Origin: an uncultured Acidobacteriota bacterium
GTDB lineage: Bacteria; Acidobacteriota; Thermoanaerobaculia; Multivoradales; JAHEKO01
Direction of reading: 5' to 3'
NCBI GenBank assembly: GCA_963713825.1
Contig: CAVQNG010000003.1
Location: forward strand, 1,792,001-1,856,000
DNA: 64,000 bases
Positions 55,936 to 64,000 of the stretch are shown piece after piece. Position numbers and translations under genes: made by a program. The stretch's first letter is position 1. Every line of letters starts with the position of its first letter. Below the pieces are notes generated by a model, which had not been told where the DNA came from, ran no database searches, and saw nothing but the letters and a program-made list of their open reading frames with translations.

Positions 55936-57114
55936 TCACTGCACCACGGTAGGCCAGGCCGACAGGTCACCCGACTCGAAATCGTCCTTGAAGATCGCGG
56001 TGTCGAGGTGCCCCAGCGCGACAGCCCTGCTGTTGTCAGTGTCTGCACTGACGTCGCCGCAGGTGAAGCCTCCGTTGCCATCGCCAAGGCAGACACGATC
56101 CTCTTCACTCACATTGGAGAAGACGGCATCGAGATGCGAGTCGTCGTCGATCAGGCCCAGCGCAACGTCAACCGAAGTGTAGCTGACGGCCTCGACGTTG
56201 CTGCAGGAGAAGCCGCCTGTGCCGTCGCCCAGGCAGACGCGATTCGGGTCACCAGCGTTCGCGAAAACAACATCGACGTTGTCGTCGCCGTCAATCAATC
56301 CTGACGCCACACTGGTGGTAGTACCACGTTCGCTCAGATAGCTGCAGGTGAGGCCGCCCAGCCCGTCACCCACACAGAGCTGATTCGATCCGTTCGAGTT
56401 GCTGACAACGGCGTCCAAATGCCGGTCGGAATCGATCCGATCGAGCACGATGTCCGAAGAAAGGGAGCCAACGTCGAGCTCGCTGCAGGAGAAGCCGCCG
56501 GCACCATCGCCAAGGCAGATTTGAGCGTCGGACCCGCTGAAGACCGCGTCGAGGTGGTTGTCGGCGTCCAGCCAGTCCAGCGCGACCGCGGACGTAGTAG
56601 TGGGATCGCCCGCGAAGTCACTACAGGAAAAGCCACCGCTTCCGTCTCCCAAACAGACCCGATCCCACCAGCCGGACGTGGCGAGCACCACATCGAGGTT
56701 CAGGTCACCGTCGACGAATCCGAGGGCCACTCCGAACGTGTTGATGCTGGACTGGCTGAGGTCGCCACAGGTGAAGTCTCCGAAGCCATCGCCGAGGCAG
56801 AGCCGGTTGCCCTTGTAGGCGTTGGTGGCAAAGATCGCATCGAGATGAACGTCGCCGTCGACCAGTCCGAGTGCTACGTTTTGGGTGATCCTGATGTCGG
56901 TCTCGAGGTCGCTGCAGCTGAATCCACCTGTGCCGTCGCCGAGACAGACCTGGCTTTCGGCGTCGTAGACGGCAAACACGGCATCGAGATTCCCGGCGCC
57001 TTTGGCCGGTATCGTCAGTGAGCCGGAAGCTCCCAGCAACACGAGAATGAAGGCGAGTGGAAGCGAGTTGTGCTTCAGCTGTTCAGGGCTTGGATGTTCC
57101 TTGGGTCTCTTCAT
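55936..57114 (-). CDS. Secreted FG-GAP/VCBS-like 7-bladed beta-propeller with C-terminal FKDDFESGDLSAW tag
   Basis: RBS GGGAGGGG; hydrophobic signal; seven repeats of LDxVF...C[LV]GDGxGxFxC...VAL..xDxD. Confidence 0.85.
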   Translation of the reverse strand: MKRPKEHPSPEQLKHNSLPLAFILVLLGASGSLTIPAKGAGNLDAVFAVYDAESQVCLGDGTGGFSCSDLETDIRITQNVALGLVDGDVHLDAIFATNAYKGNRLCLGDGFGDFTCGDLSQSSINTFGVALGFVDGDLNLDVVLATSGWWDRVCLGDGSGGFSCSDFAGDPTTTSAVALDWLDADNHLDAVFSGSDAQICLGDGAGGFSCSELDVGSLSSDIVLDRIDSDRHLDAVVSNSNGSNQLCVGDGLGGLTCSYLSERGTTTSVASGLIDGDDNVDVVFANAGDPNRVCLGDGTGGFSCSNVEAVSYTSVDVALGLIDDDSHLDAVFSNVSEEDRVCLGDGNGGFTCGDVSADTDNSRAVALGHLDTAIFKDDFESGDLSAWPTVVQ

Positions 57115-57136
57115 TTTGGTCCCCTCCCGCATGCAG

Positions 57137-57254
57137 GTAGCTGCTTTCGGCAGCCCGGCGATCTTGGGAACCTTCGAGGTCGATGAAGGAGGCGAGGACC
57201 CGTGGCTTTGTGCACTCAGCCTTTCGACTGGCTTACCCTTGTCGAGGCAGCCAC
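57137..57254 (-). promoter_or_regulatory. Cyclic di-GMP-I (GEMM-I) riboswitch in the 5' leader of 55936-57114
   Basis: Minus strand reads AAGGGTAAGCCAGTC-GAAA-GGCTGAGTGCACAAAGCCACGGGTC...GATCGCCGGGCTGCCGA. This gives P2 with a GAAA tetraloop, the CAAAG junction, P3, and an extended P1 (GTGGCTGC/GCAGCTAC). Confidence 0.8.
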
Positions 57255-57415
57255 TCCCCGCCAGGTGCACCTCGTTCGAATCTGCACCCGCGAGGGTGAC
57301 TTGCTTGCTTCAGATTATAGGATTTCTGTTCCTCCGAGGGTTCCCTTGCTCTCATCCCTCACAGCCTCGACCGAGAGTGATTCTGCAACCTCCTGTCGGT
57401 CGGTCACCACTACAC

Positions 57416-58852
57416 CTACCTGGTGACGAAATAGGACCGGCGAAGCGAACGGGTCTGCCCTTGGCTCTGCCAGGCGAATTCGAGTGTGAAGCGGCGGTGC
57501 TGGGGGCCAGCCGGCCGAATGCGGTTCCTCGGGATGATGATCAGATGGCGTCCCTCGCCCGAAGCAGGGAAGTCCGAAGTGTCGGTGGGACCGCCTTGTA
57601 GATCAGTGACACGGACAGTCGCGTCGGGCAGTGGATCGCCACCGGAGTCGAGCGCGACCAGGCGCACACGGACGTTCGTGACCGACGTTCGCAGGGCGTC
57701 CTCCGCGTCGACTGCTCCGTAGACGAAGGGGGCCAGCGGAAGCCCTCCCAACAGGTGCCGCAGCAGGTTACGTCCACCAGGATTGCGCCACAGGGTCGAG
57801 TGTGGGTTGGTCTTGCCGCCATGATCCCGTCCGACGGGGACGTGATAGGTGGCGACGTCGGCGCCGCGAAGCCAGTTCGCCGAGACGCGGGGCACAGTGG
57901 CATCGCCGCCTCCTTGGAGGTCGTCTCCCTCTTCGTTCACGAAGACGACATCCAACTGCTCCGGTGGTCCGGTCATCACCGCCCGCACCGCAGTCTCGGC
58001 CCCCCATCCGACAACGTTCGTCACAGGGATCGAGTGCCCTCCCAATCGGAGTGACGGCGTGCGCTGACCGAGAGTGGAGTCGGCTGCGTCGGCCCTCATG
58101 TCCATCTGGTCTTCCAGATCCGGTGTGAACCAGCCTCGTTTGAGTAGGGGAGTCACCTGCCTCCCTGCCCCGTCGATCGCCAAACGAAGGGGCCGCCCCT
58201 GGTCGTCTTCCATGACGGTCTTATCCGGGTCGGGAGGTAGGAGGTCGAAGGCCGCCCAGCTGAGGGACACCACCCTTTTCGTTTCGGGCTTGGTCAAGAG
58301 CGGTCCGAACCCATTCGTACCAGTGAGGAAGAGCAGGGACTTCAATGTACCCGCCCAGGGCACCCCGAAACCGATGACGCGTTCGACCATTCCCAGGAAG
58401 GCGTTGTCGTTCTTGTGGCTTTCGAGTAGATAGCGCGCCACCAGGCCGCCAGTCGAGTGGGCGATGATCGTGACCGGTGCCTGGGCTTGTTGAGCTTCCT
58501 TCTCGATCGCCTGCTCGAGCCGAGCCTGCATGCCGACGTCGAATATCGGCCGACGCCAGTCCCACCCGAACCGGACCGGCTCGATGCCGATTGTGCTGAG
58601 AATGTTGTACAGAGAGTCGGCCTGCTTGGCGAGATCGAAGAACAGGAAGTTGGCCAGCCGCCGAATCGGCTCCCCGGCGACGAGCGGGTCGAGAGCGGCC
58701 AGGTCGTCCGGCGCCTCGAGCTGCTTCAGGATGCGCTTCTTGGAGGCGGGGTGGAGCAGTCCAGGGATGTTGAGAAAGACCTTCTTCCCCGTGTCTCGCT
58801 CCAGGATGTGGGTCCCGGGATAGCCTGGAATAAACAGCACGGGCTTGGGCAT
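57416..58852 (-). CDS. Lipase/lecithin:cholesterol acyltransferase (LCAT/PGAP1)-like alpha/beta hydrolase
   Basis: FIPGYPGT, FGWDWR, IAHSTGGL, GVPWAG, GDATVP and His in PHSTL; no signal peptide. Confidence 0.8.
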   Translation of the reverse strand: MPKPVLFIPGYPGTHILERDTGKKVFLNIPGLLHPASKKRILKQLEAPDDLAALDPLVAGEPIRRLANFLFFDLAKQADSLYNILSTIGIEPVRFGWDWRRPIFDVGMQARLEQAIEKEAQQAQAPVTIIAHSTGGLVARYLLESHKNDNAFLGMVERVIGFGVPWAGTLKSLLFLTGTNGFGPLLTKPETKRVVSLSWAAFDLLPPDPDKTVMEDDQGRPLRLAIDGAGRQVTPLLKRGWFTPDLEDQMDMRADAADSTLGQRTPSLRLGGHSIPVTNVVGWGAETAVRAVMTGPPEQLDVVFVNEEGDDLQGGGDATVPRVSANWLRGADVATYHVPVGRDHGGKTNPHSTLWRNPGGRNLLRHLLGGLPLAPFVYGAVDAEDALRTSVTNVRVRLVALDSGGDPLPDATVRVTDLQGGPTDTSDFPASGEGRHLIIIPRNRIRPAGPQHRRFTLEFAWQSQGQTRSLRRSYFVTR

Positions 58853-58943
58853 GGCTTCTCCCTAGATCAAGAGACCGACTCGGTCATTCGACTTTGGGCA
58901 TCGAGCACCGGCAGCTGGTTGGACATGACCTTCAGGTCCTCCT

Positions 58944-59567
58944 CTACCTTTCGATGGCTGCTTGCTGCAGGCCGCTTCGAGTCTGCTCCAGAGCCTGATC
59001 GAAGGCCTGATAGAGCTGCTCGACGATGCCGGCAACCGTCTCGTTGCTACCTGTGGCCGAACCTTCGACCACCCCGGACCACAGCGTCTTGCCATCGCGC
59101 TCGACCAGCCTCAGCTCGAGGGCCAGTCGGGCCAGTTGCTGGCCGGGTACGTCGATCTCTTCGAGATAGATAACGCGGCCCCGAAGGAACGCCGAGTAGT
59201 CGCCACTCGAAGTCACCGGCTCGATGCGGTCGATCCCGGGTGTACCTTGTAGACCCTCGGCCATGGACACGGCGACCAGGTCGCCCAGAGGGGCCGCCCA
59301 GCGGTGGTAGGTGTAGAAGCCAACCTCGACCGCATCGGTTCCCAGTCGATACACCAGTTGGTCCCGATCGTACGGTGGGTCGACGGTGAAGGGCTCGACA
59401 CCGATTCGCAGGCCGGTCGAGTCACTCGAAGGGGTGGCAACTTCTGTTGCCGTATTCGTCGGGGCGAGGACGTAGTAGTGAGTCGTTGGGGCCGAGCTGC
59501 AGGCGCCGAGTAGCGAGACAGCCAACGAGGTGGCCCACAGCAGCGAGATCAGCTTCGATTGCCTCAT
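58944..59567 (-). CDS. PqiC/ABC-type auxiliary lipoprotein
   Basis: Lipobox LGAC; THYYVL, YDRDQLVYR and YHRWAAP. Confidence 0.85.
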   Translation of the reverse strand: MRQSKLISLLWATSLAVSLLGACSSAPTTHYYVLAPTNTATEVATPSSDSTGLRIGVEPFTVDPPYDRDQLVYRLGTDAVEVGFYTYHRWAAPLGDLVAVSMAEGLQGTPGIDRIEPVTSSGDYSAFLRGRVIYLEEIDVPGQQLARLALELRLVERDGKTLWSGVVEGSATGSNETVAGIVEQLYQAFDQALEQTRSGLQQAAIER

Positions 59568-60517
59568 CGATCCACTCCTTCCCCGGGCTTGCGATCCGGC
59601 CCTTTCGAATTGCGCACCAGGGCCGATGGGCGCTCCTTGATCGACTCCGTGAATGCCTTCAGATTGGCTGTGGCCAGTCGCAGGTCACGCACCATGGCTT
59701 CGAGCTCTCCTTGGTTCATCTCCATCGAGCTGACACTGTCGCCGGCGGAGTCCAGAAGGGAAGACAGTCGATCGCCGTCCGGCCCCAGGGCGGTTCGCAG
59801 GTCTCCCACCAACCCCTGCAGGTCGGTGGTCAGGTCCGGGATACCCGCAACTCCGGTTTCCAGCTCGGCAGATAGATCATCGAGTCGCGTCATCAGCGAT
59901 GTCAGCCGCGGACCCGCCTCTTGCATCGTGTCGCGCATCGCCGTCAGGCTCTCACTGATCGAGGCCAGATTCTGGTCTGACATCAGGAGCTCGAAACGCT
60001 CCAAAAGTGGTCCCGTACTTGCGGAAAGGCTCTGCAGCAAAGCCGTCATCTCGTCGAGAGCCACGCCGGCGCGATCCGATAGCTCACCGAAACCACTCAT
60101 GGCGTCGGCGGTGCTGACCATTTCGAGACCCACGATCGGCGTATCAGGGGGCAGCGCCGGCTCGCCCGATGGCCCGGTGTCGATCTCGAGATAAGGGCTG
60201 CCGAGAAGACCATCCGTTGTCAGCCTCGCCGAGGCGGCATCGGTGACCAAGATGTCGGCGTCGAGTCCGATCCGGAAGAGCACCGGCCACTCTGTGCCCG
60301 GCCGCAGGTCGACGTCCTGGACCCGGCCCACTTCCATTCCAGCGACGCGGACCGGATCCCCTTGGCGCACGCCTCCAGAGCTCTTCATGAGGACTTCGTA
60401 GGTTGCTCTTTCGGTGCCTCCGGGGTGGAATCCAGCCACCCACAGGGAGCCAACGACGAGAATTGCCAGAGCGATGATCACAAACAGTCCGGCACGAATG
60501 GTGCTCGTATCTTTCAT
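59564..60517 (-). CDS. mlaD: MCE/MlaD family substrate-binding protein with long helical region
   Basis: N-terminal TM helix; GGVRQGDPVRVAGMEVGRV and DGLLGSPYLEI; C-terminal ERPSALV. Confidence 0.88.
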   Translation of the reverse strand: MKDTSTIRAGLFVIIALAILVVGSLWVAGFHPGGTERATYEVLMKSSGGVRQGDPVRVAGMEVGRVQDVDLRPGTEWPVLFRIGLDADILVTDAASARLTTDGLLGSPYLEIDTGPSGEPALPPDTPIVGLEMVSTADAMSGFGELSDRAGVALDEMTALLQSLSASTGPLLERFELLMSDQNLASISESLTAMRDTMQEAGPRLTSLMTRLDDLSAELETGVAGIPDLTTDLQGLVGDLRTALGPDGDRLSSLLDSAGDSVSSMEMNQGELEAMVRDLRLATANLKAFTESIKERPSALVRNSKGPDRKPGEGVDR

Positions 60518-61308
60518 TGGCCTGTAATCCAGTGTCGGTAGCGCTCGCCATGCTCGGCGGCAATTTCGGTTTCACGGTCGAGGAAGCGGCGAACGATGCT
60601 GTTGGTCGAGGCCTTGATCTCGTCCGGTGTGCCAATCGCCAGGATGCGCCCCCGGTCGATCAGCGCAATGCGCTCGCCAACTGCGAAGGCGCTCTCGAGC
60701 TCGTGCGTGACCACGATCAAGGTGACGTCAAAGACCTCTCGCAAGCGAATCAGCAACTGGTCGAGGCCTGCCGAGGTCACAGGGTCGAGGCCCGCGGACG
60801 GCTCGTCGGCGAAGAGGATCTGAGGGTCGAGAGCCATGGCACGAGCGAAGGCGACCCGCTTGCGCATCCCACCCGAGAGCTCGGACGGATACAAGTCGGC
60901 GGTTCCTTCCAGGCCCACCAGGGCCAGTTTGATTCGCACGATGAGCTCGCGCGTCGTCTTCGGCAGATCGGTGAGCTCCTCGAGAGGCAGATCGATGTTC
61001 TCGCCCACCGTCATGGAGGTGAAGAGGGCTCCTGCCTGGAACGCCACTCCCATCGACTGTCGCAGCCGAGCCAGCTCCTGGCGTTTGGCCCGAAACAGAT
61101 TGGTGCCCGCCACGATTACCTCTCCTTCATCGGGCTCTTCGAGGCCGATCAGGCAGCGCAGCAGGGTGCTCTTGCCGCTACCGCTGGATCCCAGGATGAT
61201 CAACGTCTCGCCAGTCTCGATCTCGAGATCGATGCCGTCCAGCACGGTCTTTTCACCGAAGCTCTTGTGCAGGCCACGAGCCTCGATGATGGTTGTTGCC
61301 GGACTCAA
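60514..61308 (-). CDS. mlaF: ABC ATPase, MlaF/Mkl family
   Basis: GSSGSGKS, ELSGGMRKR, ADEPSAGLDP and VTH. Confidence 0.92.
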   Translation of the reverse strand: MSPATTIIEARGLHKSFGEKTVLDGIDLEIETGETLIILGSSGSGKSTLLRCLIGLEEPDEGEVIVAGTNLFRAKRQELARLRQSMGVAFQAGALFTSMTVGENIDLPLEELTDLPKTTRELIVRIKLALVGLEGTADLYPSELSGGMRKRVAFARAMALDPQILFADEPSAGLDPVTSAGLDQLLIRLREVFDVTLIVVTHELESAFAVGERIALIDRGRILAIGTPDEIKASTNSIVRRFLDRETEIAAEHGERYRHWITGQ

Positions 61309-62114
61309 GTTTGGCCCCTCAGGTAGAGGATCGCTGTCACGAAGAGGTCCGCGGCGATGATGAGGACGATGGATCGCACCACCGCGCGCGTCGTCGACCG
61401 GCCGACCTCGTCAGCGCCGCCCTCCGTGTCGAGGCCCTGCTGACAGGAGACGAGCCCGATGATGGCGCCAAAGACCACGGCCTTGAGCACGCCGCCCCAG
61501 ACATCCTGTTGAACCAGCGCGGCGAGGCTATCCGTGAGATAGCCATGAGCACCGAGGCCGAGAACGAAGACCCCGACCCCACAACCGCCCAGGATCCCCA
61601 AAAGGCCACTGAAGATGGTGAGCGCCGGTACTGCCACAATCAGGCTGATCATCCGGGGTACCACCACCAGACTCACCGGGTCGATCCCCATGACGGTGAG
61701 CGCGTCGATCTCCTGGGAGATCTTCATGGTGCCCAATTCCGCCGTGATGGCCGAGCCGACGCGACCGGCCACCAGGATGGCTGTGAGCAACGGAGCCAGC
61801 TCGCGTGTCATGGAGACCGCTACCAGATTGGCCACCAGATTCGTCACCCCCATCTGACGCAGCTGATAGGCCGACTGGAGCGCCAGAATCATGCCAATGA
61901 GGAGCGAGATCAACGCCACGAGGGCCAGCGAGCTGTTGCCAGCCGCAGTGATTTGTCCCGCTGTGGTGTTGACCCGCAGCCGGCCACCGCGCAGCGGCAC
62001 CATGATGGTGCGTACCAGAGCCGTCGAACCGACCTGCCACAGACGGCCGGCGTCGTGAAGGAACGCCAGCACCCTGGAACCGGACCAGGTCAGGATCTGG
62101 GTCAGCATTCTCAA
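61305..62114 (-). CDS. mlaE: MlaE family permease
   Basis: RELAPLLTAILVAGRVGSAITAELGTMKISQEIDAL and VGRSTTRAVV. Start is TTG 62114 or ATG 62108. Confidence 0.92.
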   Translation of the reverse strand: MRMLTQILTWSGSRVLAFLHDAGRLWQVGSTALVRTIMVPLRGGRLRVNTTAGQITAAGNSSLALVALISLLIGMILALQSAYQLRQMGVTNLVANLVAVSMTRELAPLLTAILVAGRVGSAITAELGTMKISQEIDALTVMGIDPVSLVVVPRMISLIVAVPALTIFSGLLGILGGCGVGVFVLGLGAHGYLTDSLAALVQQDVWGGVLKAVVFGAIIGLVSCQQGLDTEGGADEVGRSTTRAVVRSIVLIIAADLFVTAILYLRGQT

Positions 62115-62506
62115 TGCTTGATCTGCTGATGGACATCGTCCATACAGCCGAAACAGCGCATCAGGGCTTCCTCGAAGCCGGCGAGCTTGAAGACTCTTGT
62201 CACCGCGTCGTTGGCCCCTACCAGAAAGAGCGCGGGACCCTGCTCGTAAGTCATCCTCAGGCCCTCGAGCAGCACCGCCATGGCGGCCGTGTCGAACCGG
62301 TCCACCTTGCTGAGCTCGACGACGAGATTGCGGTCCGGGTGGGCTTCGATGGCCTCGAATAGCTGGCGCCGCAGCTCTGGAGCCTCACGGAATGTCACTG
62401 ACCCCTGTAGGGTCAGCATTGCCGTGTATGTGCCGGCCTGAGGTTCGTAGTCGATCTCGAACCGAGGCGGATCAACGAGTGTTTGCATGCCGTGCGAGTC
62501 TACCAT
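62111..62506 (-). CDS. STAS domain protein (MlaB/anti-sigma antagonist-like)
   Basis: LVVELSKVDRFDTAAMAVL and VTRVFKLAGF; overlaps mlaE by 4 bp. Alternative start at 62488. Confidence 0.85.
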   Translation of the reverse strand: MVDSHGMQTLVDPPRFEIDYEPQAGTYTAMLTLQGSVTFREAPELRRQLFEAIEAHPDRNLVVELSKVDRFDTAAMAVLLEGLRMTYEQGPALFLVGANDAVTRVFKLAGFEEALMRCFGCMDDVHQQIKH

Positions 62507-62560
62507 CGGCTCCAGCGCCTGGCTCTCGGCGGGGTCCAGACTGGAGGCGCCCGTCGATTC

Positions 62561-63295
62561 CTATTTGACTTCCTCGAAGACGCTCATTGTCTCGTCCTTG
62601 ACACCATCTTCGGTTTTGGCCTGTGCCCCTGCAGGGGAGGCAAGAAAGGTCTGAAACGCCTCCATGTCCTCGACATCGATCATCAGCTCGACGAGATTGG
62701 GATTGTCGGAATTCTGAAAGACCCGGACATGTGGCGCCCCATGTTGTGCGAACAGCTCGTGCCGGCTGTCCTCACCCTGCCAAGAGGCCAGCCAGCGATC
62801 GGCATCTTCCACCTCATGCGCGATGGCCAGGGTCGTGCCGCCTGAGCCTCGAGCCGGGAGGTCACTACTGAACTGGTCGTTGCTGATCTTCCACTCGCCA
62901 TCGACAAGTCGCCAGGTCTCGATGAACTTCCCCTGGTCGGCAGTCGTGCCATCGGCTGTCATCAGCGTGTAGGTCCCAACGTGATAGCCGATGTCGCCGG
63001 CTGCCCTGATCTCGATGGTCTCGATCCCGCCTCCGAGGCCGGCGTCGATCATTTCACCGAAGATTGCCCGAACAGCGTCGTGACCGACTGCGAGCTCAGC
63101 GTTTGGCGGTAGTACCCGGGCGTCAGCCCAATAGGTCGCTACTACGCCTTCGACGTCACCTGCGTTGAGGGCCGTTAACCAGCCCTCGGCAGCTGCGGCT
63201 ATTTCAGGGCTATCCTGTGATCCCTGCGGGGCAGGGGCACAGGCGGCCACACCGACGATCACAAGTAATGCTGTTGTCAGATTCAAGAACTTCAT
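62561..63295 (-). CDS. Lipoprotein: DUF4440/YybH NTF2-like domain plus small dimeric alpha/beta barrel domain
   Basis: Lipobox VAAC; DQGKFIETWRLVDGEWKI; C-terminal HEVEDADRW...NPNLV. Confidence 0.78.
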   Translation of the reverse strand: MKFLNLTTALLVIVGVAACAPAPQGSQDSPEIAAAAEGWLTALNAGDVEGVVATYWADARVLPPNAELAVGHDAVRAIFGEMIDAGLGGGIETIEIRAAGDIGYHVGTYTLMTADGTTADQGKFIETWRLVDGEWKISNDQFSSDLPARGSGGTTLAIAHEVEDADRWLASWQGEDSRHELFAQHGAPHVRVFQNSDNPNLVELMIDVEDMEAFQTFLASPAGAQAKTEDGVKDETMSVFEEVK

Positions 63296-63459
63296 CTCAA
63301 CCCCCTTAGACGTAAATGCAAACCGAGCCACGAACCGACGCGGCCGGCAGACAGTTGTTCACCGTCTTTCGTACGAATTGTTGACGACAGCCTATCCGAT
63401 CCACCGGCGAGATGCACTCGCGGTGGCGGCACCGCCACATCGTGGGGAGGCTTTGGGCC

Positions 63460-63975
63460 TTACTGGATCGACAGAATCTGGATGTCGAAGTTCAGCGTCT
63501 GCCCAGCCAACGGATGATTGAAGTCCAGGATGATGGTTTCTTCCTTCACCTCGTGGACGCGAACTGGATGTTCCTGCCCATCAGGACCGGCAGCCATCAG
63601 CATGATGCCCGGAGTTCTGGCGTCCTCGGGTAGCTTGTCCATCGGGACTTCCTGGAAAGCCTCGGGGTTGACGGGGCCGTAGCCCTGCTCGGCGGTCAAT
63701 TGGATCTGTTTCGAATCACCGACTTTGGCTCCGAGAAGGGCCTCCTCGAGTGCGGGCAGGATCTCGCCGGTGCCCTGCGTGAAGGTGAGCGGATTGCCTC
63801 CGACATTGCTGTCGACGGCCGTACCGTCCTCCAACGACAGGGTGTATTCGATGCCAACCGAGCTGCCGTCCTCGATCATTACGGTCTGATCATCCTGGGC
63901 CCGAATGGCTGCAGTGGCAAGAAGGGCCAACGCGAGGCCCGAAAGTGCGAGGCGAGAGATCGATGTGCGAAGCAT
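63460..63975 (-). CDS. SlyD/SlpA-type FKBP peptidyl-prolyl isomerase with N-terminal signal peptide
   Basis: IEYTL..EDG..VDS, ILPALEEALLG and LDFNHPLAGQTLNF; signal LALSGLALALLATAAIRA; no His-rich tail. Confidence 0.88.
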   Translation of the reverse strand: MLRTSISRLALSGLALALLATAAIRAQDDQTVMIEDGSSVGIEYTLSLEDGTAVDSNVGGNPLTFTQGTGEILPALEEALLGAKVGDSKQIQLTAEQGYGPVNPEAFQEVPMDKLPEDARTPGIMLMAAGPDGQEHPVRVHEVKEETIILDFNHPLAGQTLNFDIQILSIQ

Positions 63976-64000
63976 TACTTTCCCCTTGATCGGTCTGTGC

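Noticed and set aside
9100-55995. Interpreting the shared tails as a DNA repeat, mobile element or DGR variable region
   Set aside because: Synonymous positions differ between copies, and there are no inverted repeats, template repeat or reverse transcriptase in the window.
55996-57000. Periodic DNA repeats resembling a CRISPR or tandem array
   Set aside because: They are degenerate in-frame coding repeats of propeller blades; there are no identical repeats with spacers and no cas genes.
57115-57270. N-terminal extension of ORF 55936-57270 and opposite-strand ORF 57002-57601
   Set aside because: The region is better explained by the riboswitch leader; the RBS supports ATG 57114.

Overview
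A GC-rich, gene-dense bacterial chromosomal window with about 49 CDSs and no rRNA, tRNA, CRISPR array, transposase or prophage that I can see. An ADOP-type duplicated permease, several Hanks-type Ser/Thr kinase-TPR proteins and a TIGR02999-type ECF sigma/kinase pair point to Acidobacteriota, possibly Thermoanaerobaculia-like; this is inference. Main signal: seven signal-peptide-bearing proteins of six unrelated folds end in the same ~20-aa tail, F-x-D-[GSD]-F-E-[STG]-G-[DG]-[TL]-x-A-W-[STP]. They are a propeller/Calx-beta/BACON adhesin, an SGNH-like protein, a jelly-roll lyase-like protein, two tandem DUF1554/endostatin-like proteins, a LasA-type M23A protease and a Cys-rich FG-GAP propeller. 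An eighth, degenerate copy lies in a 27-codon ORF at 1602-1685 that the ORF track does not list. This looks like a C-terminal sorting or anchoring signal whose machinery is not in the window. One tagged gene is preceded by a c-di-GMP-I (GEMM-I) riboswitch. Other notable items: a secreted phosphatase/atypical-kinase fusion, an exported SlyD-type PPIase, an orphan CheR behind a cryptic SDR-like protein, a leaderless vapBC operon, GTAG-type REPs, a second palindrome family, an Mla/MCE-PqiC operon and an IorAB-type molybdoenzyme. Many start codons were re-assigned from the ORF track using RBS position and signal peptides. All family calls are motif recognition by eye, not database hits.
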